Shown piece after piece: positions 38,062 to 46,667 of a stretch of 53,970 nt of DNA. The position numbers and the translations under genes were made by a program. The notes beneath the pieces were generated by a model, which saw only the letters and a list, made by a program, of their open reading frames with translations, had not been told where the DNA came from and searched no databases. Source of the stretch: a virus (lineage: Duplodnaviria > Caudoviricetes); IMG/VR virus record IMGVR_UViG_3300025108_000066, positions 1 through 53,970 of that record, one strand, 5' to 3'. Positions within the stretch are counted from its first letter, which is position 1, and each line of letters opens with the position of its first letter.

Positions 38062-39099
38062 TTACGCATTAGTTATGCGACCTTCTTGCTGTGCAGCAAA
38101 AATGTCACGTTCTATCTTGCCACGTTCTTCCTCTCGGCTTTTATATTTACCCATCCTGACATCTTCAAAAAACTTTTTGATATCAGCTGTTGTATATGTT
38201 TTGCCTTCACTAGCAATAGGTTTTGCAGAGCGTCCTCGCCCTGGTGCAACCTGTTTTTCTAGTTCTGGGTTAGAACTGCGGGTCTCACGAGCACTATTAA
38301 CATTACCAGTAGCCTGTTCATAAGTAGAAAAGAATGAGATTACTCTTTTAATATCTAATCTCTTTTGGGCATCCTCTAAATATATTTGTCTAGACATACC
38401 TGTTAGGGGGTCAATCTCAAGCAACCACGATTGAAAATCAGGATTACTATTAATTTCATTCCAGTTAGGTACCTCTGTATTTAAAGTATTCCAAAACTGC
38501 TGTTCAGAGTTAGATTTTTGTTGCTGTTGAACTTGTTGCACTTGTGGCACAACTCCTTTCAACTTCTCTATCTCTGCTTCCAACTCTTTAACACGACCCA
38601 GTTGTCCTGCTACTTCTTCTTTTGCTGCTCTACGCATAACATCTATAGAATCCCCGTACTCTTTTACATCATCGTCAGTTATTAACTTTTCGATAGGTGC
38701 TTCCTGCACTGGTGCTTCTTGTTTGTTAAGGTCTCCTAGCAAAGATTCAAGTTGTGATACACGGTCATTTAAATTTTTGTTCGTTGCATTTAAGCGTGGA
38801 ACATCAGTATTATACATGCCTTGTAGCGTTTTGTACTTTTGTTGCCATGATTCTTTTTTTACTTGCGTGTCTGATTCACTGTGCTCTTCAGTCTCAGACT
38901 TGGGTGCCTGCTCTTCTACACTGTCGGAAGGTGTCGATGTTGTTACTTCAGCGGGTACTTCAGTCTCAGTCTCAGCTTTAGTTTCGGTAGATACGTCTTC
39001 TACAGTCTCTTCAGCATTCTTCTCTGTTTCGCCATTGAGTTCCTTGTACAACGCTTGTACATCCTCAGATTGTTTTTGAACTTGCTTTGGTATTGCCAT
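38062..39099 (-). CDS. Capsid scaffolding protein
   Basis: Acidic coiled coil, YKTLQGMYN, C-terminal AQQEGRI; between portal and MCP. Confidence 0.8.
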   Translation of the reverse strand: MAIPKQVQKQSEDVQALYKELNGETEKNAEETVEDVSTETKAETETEVPAEVTTSTPSDSVEEQAPKSETEEHSESDTQVKKESWQQKYKTLQGMYNTDVPRLNATNKNLNDRVSQLESLLGDLNKQEAPVQEAPIEKLITDDDVKEYGDSIDVMRRAAKEEVAGQLGRVKELEAEIEKLKGVVPQVQQVQQQQKSNSEQQFWNTLNTEVPNWNEINSNPDFQSWLLEIDPLTGMSRQIYLEDAQKRLDIKRVISFFSTYEQATGNVNSARETRSSNPELEKQVAPGRGRSAKPIASEGKTYTTADIKKFFEDVRMGKYKSREEERGKIERDIFAAQQEGRITNA

Positions 39100-39140
39100 A
39101 ATGTTTCGCTCCTATTGGTGTGCGTTATTAAACAGCTGTC

Positions 39141-39356
39141 TCATGACTTTGCTGTATATTCTGGGGACTTTTTAATGAGTTCCAATAACTCTCCTAAAAT
39201 CTGACACCGTCCCTGTGCGTGTGCCACATTCTGTGTAACATTTGGTAGCTGCTCTAGTTCATGTTTACGCCACGCTTCTAACCATTTTACAATGTCAGTA
39301 TGCTGGCGTTCAACAGCCGCTAAAGATTTAACAACTTCAAGGTCTGGTCTTATCAT
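39141..39356 (-). CDS. Small portal-adjacent protein
   Basis: Overlaps the portal stop; AQGR motif. Confidence 0.65.
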   Translation of the reverse strand: MIRPDLEVVKSLAAVERQHTDIVKWLEAWRKHELEQLPNVTQNVAHAQGRCQILGELLELIKKSPEYTAKS

Positions 39357-41410
39357 GACTTACTCCCCGTGCTACGGTTGTTAACTGTGTTTGCATCCAT
39401 TCCACCTTTTGGGCTACCGTCTGGTTGAGTTGGAGTACCACTTTTTACAGGAGGTTGCTGGGCTTGTTCAGCCGCAATCTGCTGCCTTGCGGTCAACTCT
39501 TGCAGATAAGTATTTTTCTCCCTAGACGGAACGATTTCATCCACAGGCATTTGCAAACTCTTAGCCACTTCACGAAGTATCGCTGCACGGCCTTCTTTAC
39601 CAACAATGCCCATATCGACTTCGTTGGCGGTTGCGTTAAGAAATTCTATTCTACGGACGTTAACAGTTTCTTTAACTGCAAGATTGATTGCACCTTTCGG
39701 TAGTATCTCTACGTCACCTTTAATTGATTCGTCTTCATCATATCTCATGTTATATACAAACTGTCTATGTACAACAGGCTTTATAACATCAGAATCTATA
39801 TGCATAACTACTTGGCGTATACCTTTCCCTGCAGACCCCATTAACATTGAAAGACCTGACGCTGTGCGTCCAGCTCCTTTAACATTTATGTCGCCTTGCA
39901 AATAAGACGGTATGCCTGAATGGTCATCAGCTAGTTTACTAAATCTTTCATATACACTCATTAATGTATTAGCATTATCATTTGGTTGGTTAAACCTAAC
40001 AGCAGGAGCACTAGACCCTAGAGGGTCATTAGTTACTTGCCATATTTTCCATGGGTGCATTTGTGTAATGTCTTCGTTAGGTGGAATCCTTTCTAGGTTA
40101 ACTTCAACCTGTGGTCCACTTGATATGCCCATGTTATTAACTAATGCACGAGCTGCGGCGTTACATATGCCCTGTAAATCTTCTATAATTTCTGGTATGC
40201 CTTTACCCCAAAATGCTCCTGGGTGTTTAATAAATGATGTTTTAGCATAAGGTTTCTCACCTAGTGGGTCATAATTAAGAACTGCTTTGATAACATAGTT
40301 ACCTACAATCCATACATTTGTATCATACTCACGAGCTTCATCTATTTCTTCAGCTTCTTCTTCCAAACCCCATTCTTTTAACATCTTACCACTAACTTTA
40401 CCCCAGAACTCTAAGGCATCAAATACTTCAGTAGGTCTATTAAAAGCATGAAACTTTCTTTCTTCTTCATCTTTAGATAATTCTACATCTTCGTTAATCC
40501 AAGATTGCCCATTACCTACATCTAATACTTTTCTAATCGCATCATCGTCATAGCCAGGGACACCTATTAAATCTGATAAGTCTATACGGCTTAACGGATG
40601 ATGTTCAAACATATACCCATCATTAATGTTAGTAACACCAGGTTCTGGGTACATTCTAAATGGGTCTACTCTTTCAAACTCTGGAGCTATTATTTCATCT
40701 GCTTGAACAGATGTTTTACCTTCTTCGTCTTTAACATAAGATAGCTTTCTTTGTCTACGAACAATAGGGCCTTTAATAAAAGCACATGGATAAGTTACTA
40801 AATCTGTAATAAAATCATTAAACGATTCGCCCCAACCACCTTGTGCAAACTGGTCAGTAATTTTTATTTTCATCTTACCAGCTCTAGTATCAGCAGCTTG
40901 TAATAATTTAAATCTATAGTCCTGAGCTATCATCTCTTTTATCTCAGCCATTCTGTCTGGGCTTAGTGCTTGACCTTGTGCCTCAACAAGCCTAACAACT
41001 TCTTGTGCAAAGTTATTATCTATCTCTTGTAAATGCTCAGGTGATAATTCGGGTATTGGTGTAGGGTGTATATCCCACGGGGGTGTTCCTGTATCTAATA
41101 AGATATCACGAAGCCAGCTTTCTGCTGCTCTACACTTGACTTCAGTAATCATCATGTAAACATCAGAGCCGCCTTGTGCTTGTATCTGTGCTAGTTTATC
41201 TGCTTCATATTCTCCGTTTCTTTGTCGGAGACCTTTAAGCATAATATTCTCTATAGGTTTTTTTGCTTGACGTGCTGCATCCCAGCATTCACGCATATGA
41301 GAAGCAAGTCCTAAGATAACATCTTCAGACTGTCTTTCCTCCATAGCTTTTTCAGCAGCTTCTTTTTCCTGTTTAACAAGTTCTTCGTTGCTTATTACTT
41401 GTAATACCAT
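39353..41410 (-). CDS. Portal protein
   Basis: 685 aa; PGAFWGKGI, NAAARALVNN..ISSGPQ, RTASGLSML; synteny with terL and scaffold. Confidence 0.88.
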   Translation of the reverse strand: MVLQVISNEELVKQEKEAAEKAMEERQSEDVILGLASHMRECWDAARQAKKPIENIMLKGLRQRNGEYEADKLAQIQAQGGSDVYMMITEVKCRAAESWLRDILLDTGTPPWDIHPTPIPELSPEHLQEIDNNFAQEVVRLVEAQGQALSPDRMAEIKEMIAQDYRFKLLQAADTRAGKMKIKITDQFAQGGWGESFNDFITDLVTYPCAFIKGPIVRRQRKLSYVKDEEGKTSVQADEIIAPEFERVDPFRMYPEPGVTNINDGYMFEHHPLSRIDLSDLIGVPGYDDDAIRKVLDVGNGQSWINEDVELSKDEEERKFHAFNRPTEVFDALEFWGKVSGKMLKEWGLEEEAEEIDEAREYDTNVWIVGNYVIKAVLNYDPLGEKPYAKTSFIKHPGAFWGKGIPEIIEDLQGICNAAARALVNNMGISSGPQVEVNLERIPPNEDITQMHPWKIWQVTNDPLGSSAPAVRFNQPNDNANTLMSVYERFSKLADDHSGIPSYLQGDINVKGAGRTASGLSMLMGSAGKGIRQVVMHIDSDVIKPVVHRQFVYNMRYDEDESIKGDVEILPKGAINLAVKETVNVRRIEFLNATANEVDMGIVGKEGRAAILREVAKSLQMPVDEIVPSREKNTYLQELTARQQIAAEQAQQPPVKSGTPTQPDGSPKGGMDANTVNNRSTGSKS

Positions 41411-41413
41411 AAT

Positions 41414-41716
41414 CTATTTTGGTTCTGGTTTAACTCTAGTGGGGTCTTTTAGCCCTAAATGTGGGCCAACGTCTTTTAATTTTTTATAGTCCATACCTAA
41501 AACTCTTTTAAGAACATTCGTAGTCCCACCAAGTTTTATCGAAGCAAGTGGGTCATCAACTGTAGTCCTATTACCAGCCATAAAAGTTTGACCATAAGAC
41601 TCTTCATCCTGCTCAACTTTACCACCATCTTTATACGCTGTAACTTTTACAAGACCACCTTTCTCGTAATTTTTAATCATATAGTTCTTAGAACCATTTT
41701 TCATTTTATATGTCAT
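41414..41716 (-). CDS. Small protein with two YxxGGxV motifs
   Basis: YEKGGLV, YKDGGKV. Confidence 0.65.
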   Translation of the reverse strand: MTYKMKNGSKNYMIKNYEKGGLVKVTAYKDGGKVEQDEESYGQTFMAGNRTTVDDPLASIKLGGTTNVLKRVLGMDYKKLKDVGPHLGLKDPTRVKPEPK

Positions 41717-41750
41717 ACTAATTCACCCGTAGTTAATTTCAAGAGTAGTA

Positions 41751-41788
41751 TAAAAAGATTCCCCTGTCTAACAATAAATACAGGGGAA
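41751..41788 (-). terminator. Intrinsic terminator after terL, overlapping a candidate portal-operon promoter
   Basis: TTCCCCTGT/ACAGGGGAA stem followed by TCTTTTT; also TAGACA-17-TACTCT. Confidence 0.6.
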
Positions 41789-41868
41789 CCAAGAAAGGTA
41801 GTAACTATGAAAACTATAAACTAGCTACTAAGCCACACAAATGAGTAAAGCGACTTTATCTGAACGTA

Positions 41869-43245
41869 TCATGTCCAGCCACCTGACGCAATAGATTTAA
41901 CATCACGTCGTTGTATCATAAAGCCATCTGCTGTTGTGTTAATGTGTAACATTAAATACTGTAAAGCTTCAGCTACGTGTGAGTGTTTGTTCTTATCTAT
42001 GCTTCCGTTCTTCTTATGGAATCTATATCCGCCCATCATTGCTGCTTTAAGCCTAGAACATCTAGGGTCTACTAGGAACGCAGAGTCTCCATCTACTTGA
42101 CGCATAAGGAAATCATCTACCGCTGAAAGCCTAGCTGATATGTTATTAGTCTTAGCCGACATAACTTTTAATCCTTCAGCCTTTATTATATCTACAGCTG
42201 AACGCTCATCAGTCTGAGCCCTTTGTATACCTGCAGGGTCTGTAATAATTATCACAGGATTACTTGAATACTTTTCTATAATCATAGGTTTTAAAACTGT
42301 ACGTATGAATCTTTGTATACCCATATCAAAGCTTACAGCTTCGTCTAGTATAAGAACTCTACCTCTTGGGTCTTGTTGAGCTATAACAGCTGCAGGTGTT
42401 AACCCTAAGTCCATTCCAATAACAATAGGTCTGACTCCGTTTGCTATGGGTTGTAAAGTTTGGTTTGCCATATGGTAATCTGGTCTGAAGTACTTGTACA
42501 CTGGCTGCCCAGCTGTGCTTAGTCCATACTCACCATCAATGTACACACGGACGTATTCATCTGACCTACCTTGTGTATCGTAATATCCTTCAGGTAAGTT
42601 CTCTACATTCTCAGCATAAGGACTTCTACCTGATGGCTGTTTGAATACATCCCACCCATTATCATTAAATGAAACACCATCTGCGGGGTCGAGTTGCTCC
42701 ATCTGATAATACCACCATGTATCCATAGTGGGAGGGTTGGTGTCCCCCCACATCCCGAACCATGTAGGTCCTCCATCTTTAGCTGACGGAAAACGACCAA
42801 TCCTTTTTGACATAGCATCTACAATGTCTGGATTTATATCCCGACACTCATTGAACCATGCGAATGTTAATTCTAGTGAGTTCAAGTTAGCTACATCATC
42901 TGAATCATCTAACGCCCTGAACATAATCTCACACTCAACATCGCCTACTTTAAAGAAGTAAGTCTTTGTTGTTCTCATGTACGTACCACATATCCCTGGT
43001 GGGAACCAGTCGTGGAATGTTTTAATTGTTGTATCTTGTAGTTGTCTAGCAGTCTCACGAACAATAGCTGCTCTGGATTTTCGTATGCCTTGCTTGTTAG
43101 GCTCTTGCATAGTTGCTCGTCTGATAACTTCAAAAGTAGAAGCTACTGATTTACCTGACCCTACAGGTCCCATTAATGTCCGCATCTTTGCGTTGGACAT
43201 CATAAATTCTTTGCATATCTTAGACGGTGTGTAATCTATATCCAT
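41869..43245 (-). CDS. terL: Terminase large subunit
   Basis: Walker A GPVGSGKS, Walker B WFNE, coupling DTNPP, nuclease IGMDLG and SHVAEALQY. Confidence 0.95.
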   Translation of the reverse strand: MDIDYTPSKICKEFMMSNAKMRTLMGPVGSGKSVASTFEVIRRATMQEPNKQGIRKSRAAIVRETARQLQDTTIKTFHDWFPPGICGTYMRTTKTYFFKVGDVECEIMFRALDDSDDVANLNSLELTFAWFNECRDINPDIVDAMSKRIGRFPSAKDGGPTWFGMWGDTNPPTMDTWWYYQMEQLDPADGVSFNDNGWDVFKQPSGRSPYAENVENLPEGYYDTQGRSDEYVRVYIDGEYGLSTAGQPVYKYFRPDYHMANQTLQPIANGVRPIVIGMDLGLTPAAVIAQQDPRGRVLILDEAVSFDMGIQRFIRTVLKPMIIEKYSSNPVIIITDPAGIQRAQTDERSAVDIIKAEGLKVMSAKTNNISARLSAVDDFLMRQVDGDSAFLVDPRCSRLKAAMMGGYRFHKKNGSIDKNKHSHVAEALQYLMLHINTTADGFMIQRRDVKSIASGGWT

Positions 43246-43487
43246 TACGTTTTAGCGTATCCAGGTTTGCCTTTAGATGAATTGTCTTTAGATTGTTTGC
43301 GTTTAACCGCCGCACGTTTCTTACCAGCAGACATACTTCTTGCTTTAGCAGATGGTACACACTTAGGATACTTACTCCTTTTCTCTCCTTTACTCCTACC
43401 GCATGGTGGGAATGAACCGTCAGAACGGGGGTTAGCTATATCTACCCACTTCTCACCTACCCACTTTTTTAGCCCTTTTTGTGCCAC
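43245..43487 (-). CDS. Small basic protein (DUF5872-like)
   Basis: LKKWV.EKWVDI, CGR, YPKCVP; GTG start with GGAGG SD. Confidence 0.7.
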   Translation of the reverse strand: MAQKGLKKWVGEKWVDIANPRSDGSFPPCGRSKGEKRSKYPKCVPSAKARSMSAGKKRAAVKRKQSKDNSSKGKPGYAKT

Positions 43488-43614
43488 TTTTTTTACCTCC
43501 AGGTTTTATCCTGCCTGAGCATACGCCTGATGCGTACATGTTTGCATAAGCTGATGGATATTTTTTAAACTTTCTTTTAGCTGCTGCTTTACCTTTTGCA
43601 CATAGTTTTGCCAT
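43453..43614 (-). CDS. Small basic protein, 53 aa (not in ORF track)
   Basis: MAKLCAKGKAAAKRKFKKYPSAYAN...; GGAGG SD; TAATG coupling. Confidence 0.75.
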   Translation of the reverse strand: MAKLCAKGKAAAKRKFKKYPSAYANMYASGVCSGRIKPGGKKSGTKRAKKVGR

Positions 43615-43904
43615 TATATTTCCTCCAATAGAATTACATAATACTGTGTAGGCTTTTTCTTATGCCTAATAATCCTTGTCATGTAAGACATACTATTTTC
43701 TCGTAGGACATTAACAATGTTGTCATACTCAGCAAGTGTGTCAACCCTTGCCTCGTTTGTCTCATCAAATTTATTTAGCGTTCTTAATAGCAGCTGGTCT
43801 GTCTTCGGTATAGTCCTCTGCGTCAATAACGGTTGTTGGGTGTTCTTGCCCCCCGAGATTAATCGTAATTTTAACTCCTCCACTAGCATCCTCCGTGTTT
43901 GCAT
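43614..43904 (-). CDS. Hypothetical protein (start uncertain, probably about 55 aa)
   Basis: Fills the gap between terS and the basic-protein genes; the track start overlaps terS heavily. Confidence 0.5.
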   Translation of the reverse strand: MQTRRMLVEELKLRLISGGKNTQQPLLTQRTIPKTDQLLLRTLNKFDETNEARVDTLAEYDNIVNVLRENSMSYMTRIIRHKKKPTQYYVILLEEI

Positions 43905-44253
43905 TACTGGTCTCTAGCCCACCCCATTTGACAGTGGACTTAATTAAATCTGCTTTAACTGCTGAAGATGTTTCAGGGCTATGTATCATAGTCCAACTTG
44001 TAGTGAGTAGTTCTTCTGCTTGTGCTCGAGCCTTGAGTTTAAACGTCATACCCTTTTCTACAATCTCAGCTCTGTAAGATTCTACTTTCTTTAGGTATAC
44101 GCTGTCTTTGTTGAATTTAGTTAAGTCATCAATACTGATGTGGTGTCTAACTCTAAGCTCATCTAGGGTTTCACCTGAGCCTTCTAGCAACAATGCCATA
44201 TCGAAAGCTAGACGGTCAGACCACTTGGTGTGTCTTAATGGTAGTGTATCCAT
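43771..44253 (-). CDS. terS: Probable terminase small subunit
   Basis: First gene of the late arm, upstream of terL; helical with C-terminal GVKITINLG strand; start reassigned to MDTLP at 44253. Confidence 0.65.
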   Translation of the reverse strand: MDTLPLRHTKWSDRLAFDMALLLEGSGETLDELRVRHHISIDDLTKFNKDSVYLKKVESYRAEIVEKGMTFKLKARAQAEELLTTSWTMIHSPETSSAVKADLIKSTVKWGGLETSNANTEDASGGVKITINLGGQEHPTTVIDAEDYTEDRPAAIKNAK

Positions 44254-44260
44254 GAGTTCA

Positions 44261-44289
44261 AACCTATTGTATTTCAACGGATATGTCAA
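44261..44289 (-). promoter_or_regulatory. Sigma70-type late-arm promoter, probably leaderless
   Basis: TTGACA (44289-44284), 17 nt, TAGGTT; ATG follows after 7 nt. Confidence 0.6.
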
Positions 44290-44449
44290 GATGGGTGCCC
44301 AAACTTTACATCTTTGTTTTTTGGCTCTTGTTATGAGAGGTTTACTTATATGGGGGGCAGGTGTCGGCACGCAGTCCGACTACCCTCCCTGTGCCACTTA
44401 ATAAATTTACTATCTTATTTCTAATAGGCTACAGCCCTTTAAAATCAAG

Positions 44450-44477
44450 CGAGCAGAAATTATTTTTAGATGTGTCA
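44450..44477 (+). promoter_or_regulatory. Early-region bipartite motif, copy 1
   Basis: CGAGCAGAAATTATTTTTAGATGTGTCA; 86 nt upstream of ATG 44536. Confidence 0.7.
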
Positions 44478-44535
44478 GGGTTTAATCATGGAAAGCACAA
44501 GCTGACCAAGAACGAAAATCATAGGAGTAAAAACT

Positions 44536-44949
44536 ATGGAAGAAAATAAAAAAGACAACATAGTCTTATCTGAAAACAGAGTAAGGTTATACGTTGGCTT
44601 AAAAGGTGGAGCTCAACATGTTTTGAGAGTTACCGACAGCGAACAGTACGAGGACAGGTATAATTGGTACCTACCTACTGAAGCTAAAAAACTATTAGCC
44701 CATGTTATGAAAATAACAGCTAAAGGCTCAAAAGTAATGGTTGGCTACAAAGGCAAACCAATATCAGCCGAAGGCATGGTATTCGATAGCATCTACACAG
44801 ATGAAGTCGAGAAAAACAAAGGTGAGCTATATATTGGCTACTTCATGATAGGGACTCGAAAACGAGGTCTTCAAATCAGAAGAGCTTCTAATGGAACTGA
44901 AGGGGAGTTTAACCCTAGAGGGTCTACTAGAGATATAGACATAGTATAA
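44536..44949 (+). CDS. Hypothetical early protein
   Basis: AGGAG SD; first gene of the + arm. Confidence 0.8.
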   Translation: MEENKKDNIVLSENRVRLYVGLKGGAQHVLRVTDSEQYEDRYNWYLPTEAKKLLAHVMKITAKGSKVMVGYKGKPISAEGMVFDSIYTDEVEKNKGELYIGYFMIGTRKRGLQIRRASNGTEGEFNPRGSTRDIDIV

Positions 44950-44991
44950 CAACCAAGTCCTCCTCCCGAAAGGGAGGGGGCAGGAGTAAAA

Positions 44992-45141
44992 ATGAGTGTA
45001 TATAAACATATTAAAGTACATTACTTTGATAGAAACCAACCTAAAGTGAGAACATTTGATAATGCATTAGAAGCTAACTTGTTTATCAAGTTCCCACCAC
45101 AAGACATAAGAATAGTTAGCTGGATTCCACTATCTAACTAA
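44992..45141 (+). CDS. Hypothetical protein, 49 aa (not in ORF track)
   Basis: AGGAG SD at 44982; MSVYKHIKVHYFD...WIPLSN*; followed by a terminator. Confidence 0.7.
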   Translation: MSVYKHIKVHYFDRNQPKVRTFDNALEANLFIKFPPQDIRIVSWIPLSN

Positions 45142-45160
45142 CTAGCCTACCTACCTACCT

Positions 45161-45192
45161 ACCCTCACTCAATCGAGTGGGGGTTTCTTTTT
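45161..45192 (+). terminator. Intrinsic terminator
   Basis: ACCCTCACTC-AATC-GAGTGGGGGT followed by TTCTTTTT; preceded by (CCTA)4. Confidence 0.8.
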
Positions 45193-45196
45193 GTCT

Positions 45197-45696
45197 ATCA
45201 AATCGTTTACGATTTGATTATATCATAACTTTACATAGATATCACTAACTTTACATACACATAGATATATAATCAATAGGTTCTAGTAATCAATAGGTTC
45301 TAGAATGTCGGAAGGTTAAAGTAGTATATATATATAAACCATTGGTCGGTAGGTTATGGCACGTATAATGCAACTATATAGACTATCTAGTTGTAACTTT
45401 ACGCAACTTTACATGTTCTAGATAGTAAAACCTTACACATGTAACCTTACATTCCCTTAGTTTACGCCATATATAGGGCATTATGCTATCCATAACTATC
45501 TAAACTATCTAGACTATCTAGTTATTTTAATATAATGCGTCACTAAGCGTTTACATCTAGCAATATACTAAATTTCGCAGCGATACATTACCCATAAAAA
45601 ACTAGATAAACTAGATAGTTAATGCCAACTTGTTGATATATATAAAGTTTTACTATCTAGTTACACACCCATTAAGATAACTTTACATAGATAGTT
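45197..45696. repeat. AT-rich non-coding iteron-like repeat field (candidate origin or packaging region)
   Basis: Multiple ACTATCTAG (both orientations) and AACYTTAC copies, a 17-bp tandem repeat, a 22-bp palindrome. Confidence 0.75.
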
Positions 45697-45709
45697 ATAT
45701 ACACAATGC

Positions 45710-45737
45710 CGAGCAGAAAAAAATTTTCGATGTGTCA
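45710..45737 (+). promoter_or_regulatory. Early-region bipartite motif, copy 2
   Basis: CGAGCAGAAAAAAATTTTCGATGTGTCA; 104 nt upstream of ATG 45814. Confidence 0.7.
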
Positions 45738-45813
45738 AGGTTTTGGCATGGCGAGGGATTTCCCCTTGTTATATATAATATTAACTATCGCCCTATGGGG
45801 CAGGATATAAACT

Positions 45814-46191
45814 ATGAACGACAATGTAAAAGAGTATGTAAGGTGGAAACCTATAATCAAAAAAGGGAATGCTACTAAAGGCATTAATGCTGGCGACTTG
45901 CACATTAAAGTTGTTGAGTGTGATAAAAAACACCCTAAAGCAATGTGTACTGACAATGTTATGGCTATTGTAACTAAAGGTCTTAACGCTATTGGTAAAC
46001 TTGTTGGTGGCAAAGAGATACTAGCTATGGACTTCTCTGACAGAGAGAAAGAGAGACACATTGAGGATAAGCATAAAGTGTGGTCTATCCAACGCTCTGG
46101 AAAGTGGGGTAAAGAGTTGTATTTATCCTTTACTGTACCATCAAGTAACAGTAATGCACTTGATGATGAGTTTGATATAGATAATCTATAA
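45814..46191 (+). CDS. Hypothetical early protein with acidic C-terminal tail
   Basis: AGGA SD; ends LDDEFDIDNL. Confidence 0.75.
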   Translation: MNDNVKEYVRWKPIIKKGNATKGINAGDLHIKVVECDKKHPKAMCTDNVMAIVTKGLNAIGKLVGGKEILAMDFSDREKERHIEDKHKVWSIQRSGKWGKELYLSFTVPSSNSNALDDEFDIDNL

Positions 46192-46258
46192 TCATCTTAC
46201 AACAACTTGTGGTATCCCTAGTGATGTACTAGGGATATCCTTTATGAGAGGTATAAAT

Positions 46259-46459
46259 ATGGCTAGATGTAGAGACTGTAATGTTATTATACAACAAGGT
46301 AGAGTATCACTAGGCTACGATACATGCCTAGTTTGTGGTGAGGTTGAGGCACGTAAGGTTAAGCATACTGTGGTGCCATTGCATAAGTCTAACTACATAG
46401 TAGTGAGCAATAAAGAGGACTTGAAAGGAATTAATAACAAAGGTGGTAAACATGACTGA
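46259..46459 (+). CDS. C4 zinc-finger protein (DksA/TraR-finger-like)
   Basis: CRDC..I...R...G..TCLVC; GAGG SD supports start at 46259. Confidence 0.65.
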   Translation: MARCRDCNVIIQQGRVSLGYDTCLVCGEVEARKVKHTVVPLHKSNYIVVSNKEDLKGINNKGGKHD

Positions 46460-46667
46460 TGATATACAAGAGGTTACTGTACACATAGCAGTAATACAAA
46501 ATGGTACTGTGCATATGTATTGGAACACTAGATTCTATGTACATGATAGTGAGGGCGTATTAGATAAGGCATTAGAGTTTGTCAAAAGGCAAGGACACAA
46601 TCAAGAACAATGCAGTTGGGCAATAGTAGGTAGCCTTATTGAAAGGCATAATGAATATATGGGTTAA
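46452..46667 (+). CDS. Hypothetical protein
   Basis: AGGTGG SD before ATG 46452; overlaps the upstream stop. Confidence 0.6.
   Translation: MTDDIQEVTVHIAVIQNGTVHMYWNTRFYVHDSEGVLDKALEFVKRQGHNQEQCSWAIVGSLIERHNEYMG

Noticed and set aside
44254-44549. ORF-track N-terminal extension of terS and the 62-aa ORF 44361-44549
   Set aside because: They overlap the divergent promoter/motif region and are better explained as non-coding.
45146-45163. (CCTA)4 microsatellite pairing in trans with GGTAGGTAG at 46694
   Set aside because: The 46694 segment already has a local partner (46754-46764), and low-complexity complementarity may be chance.
45357-45372. Sigma54 promoter TGGCACG-N4-ATGCA
   Set aside because: Single occurrence with no gene directly downstream. 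It overlaps a TATAAT that could equally be a sigma70 -10 box, so it cannot be supported.
45197-45696. CRISPR or guide-RNA array
   Set aside because: Repeats are 8-17 bp, irregularly spaced and in both orientations, with no constant repeat-spacer period. The Cas4-like nuclease sits in the replication module.
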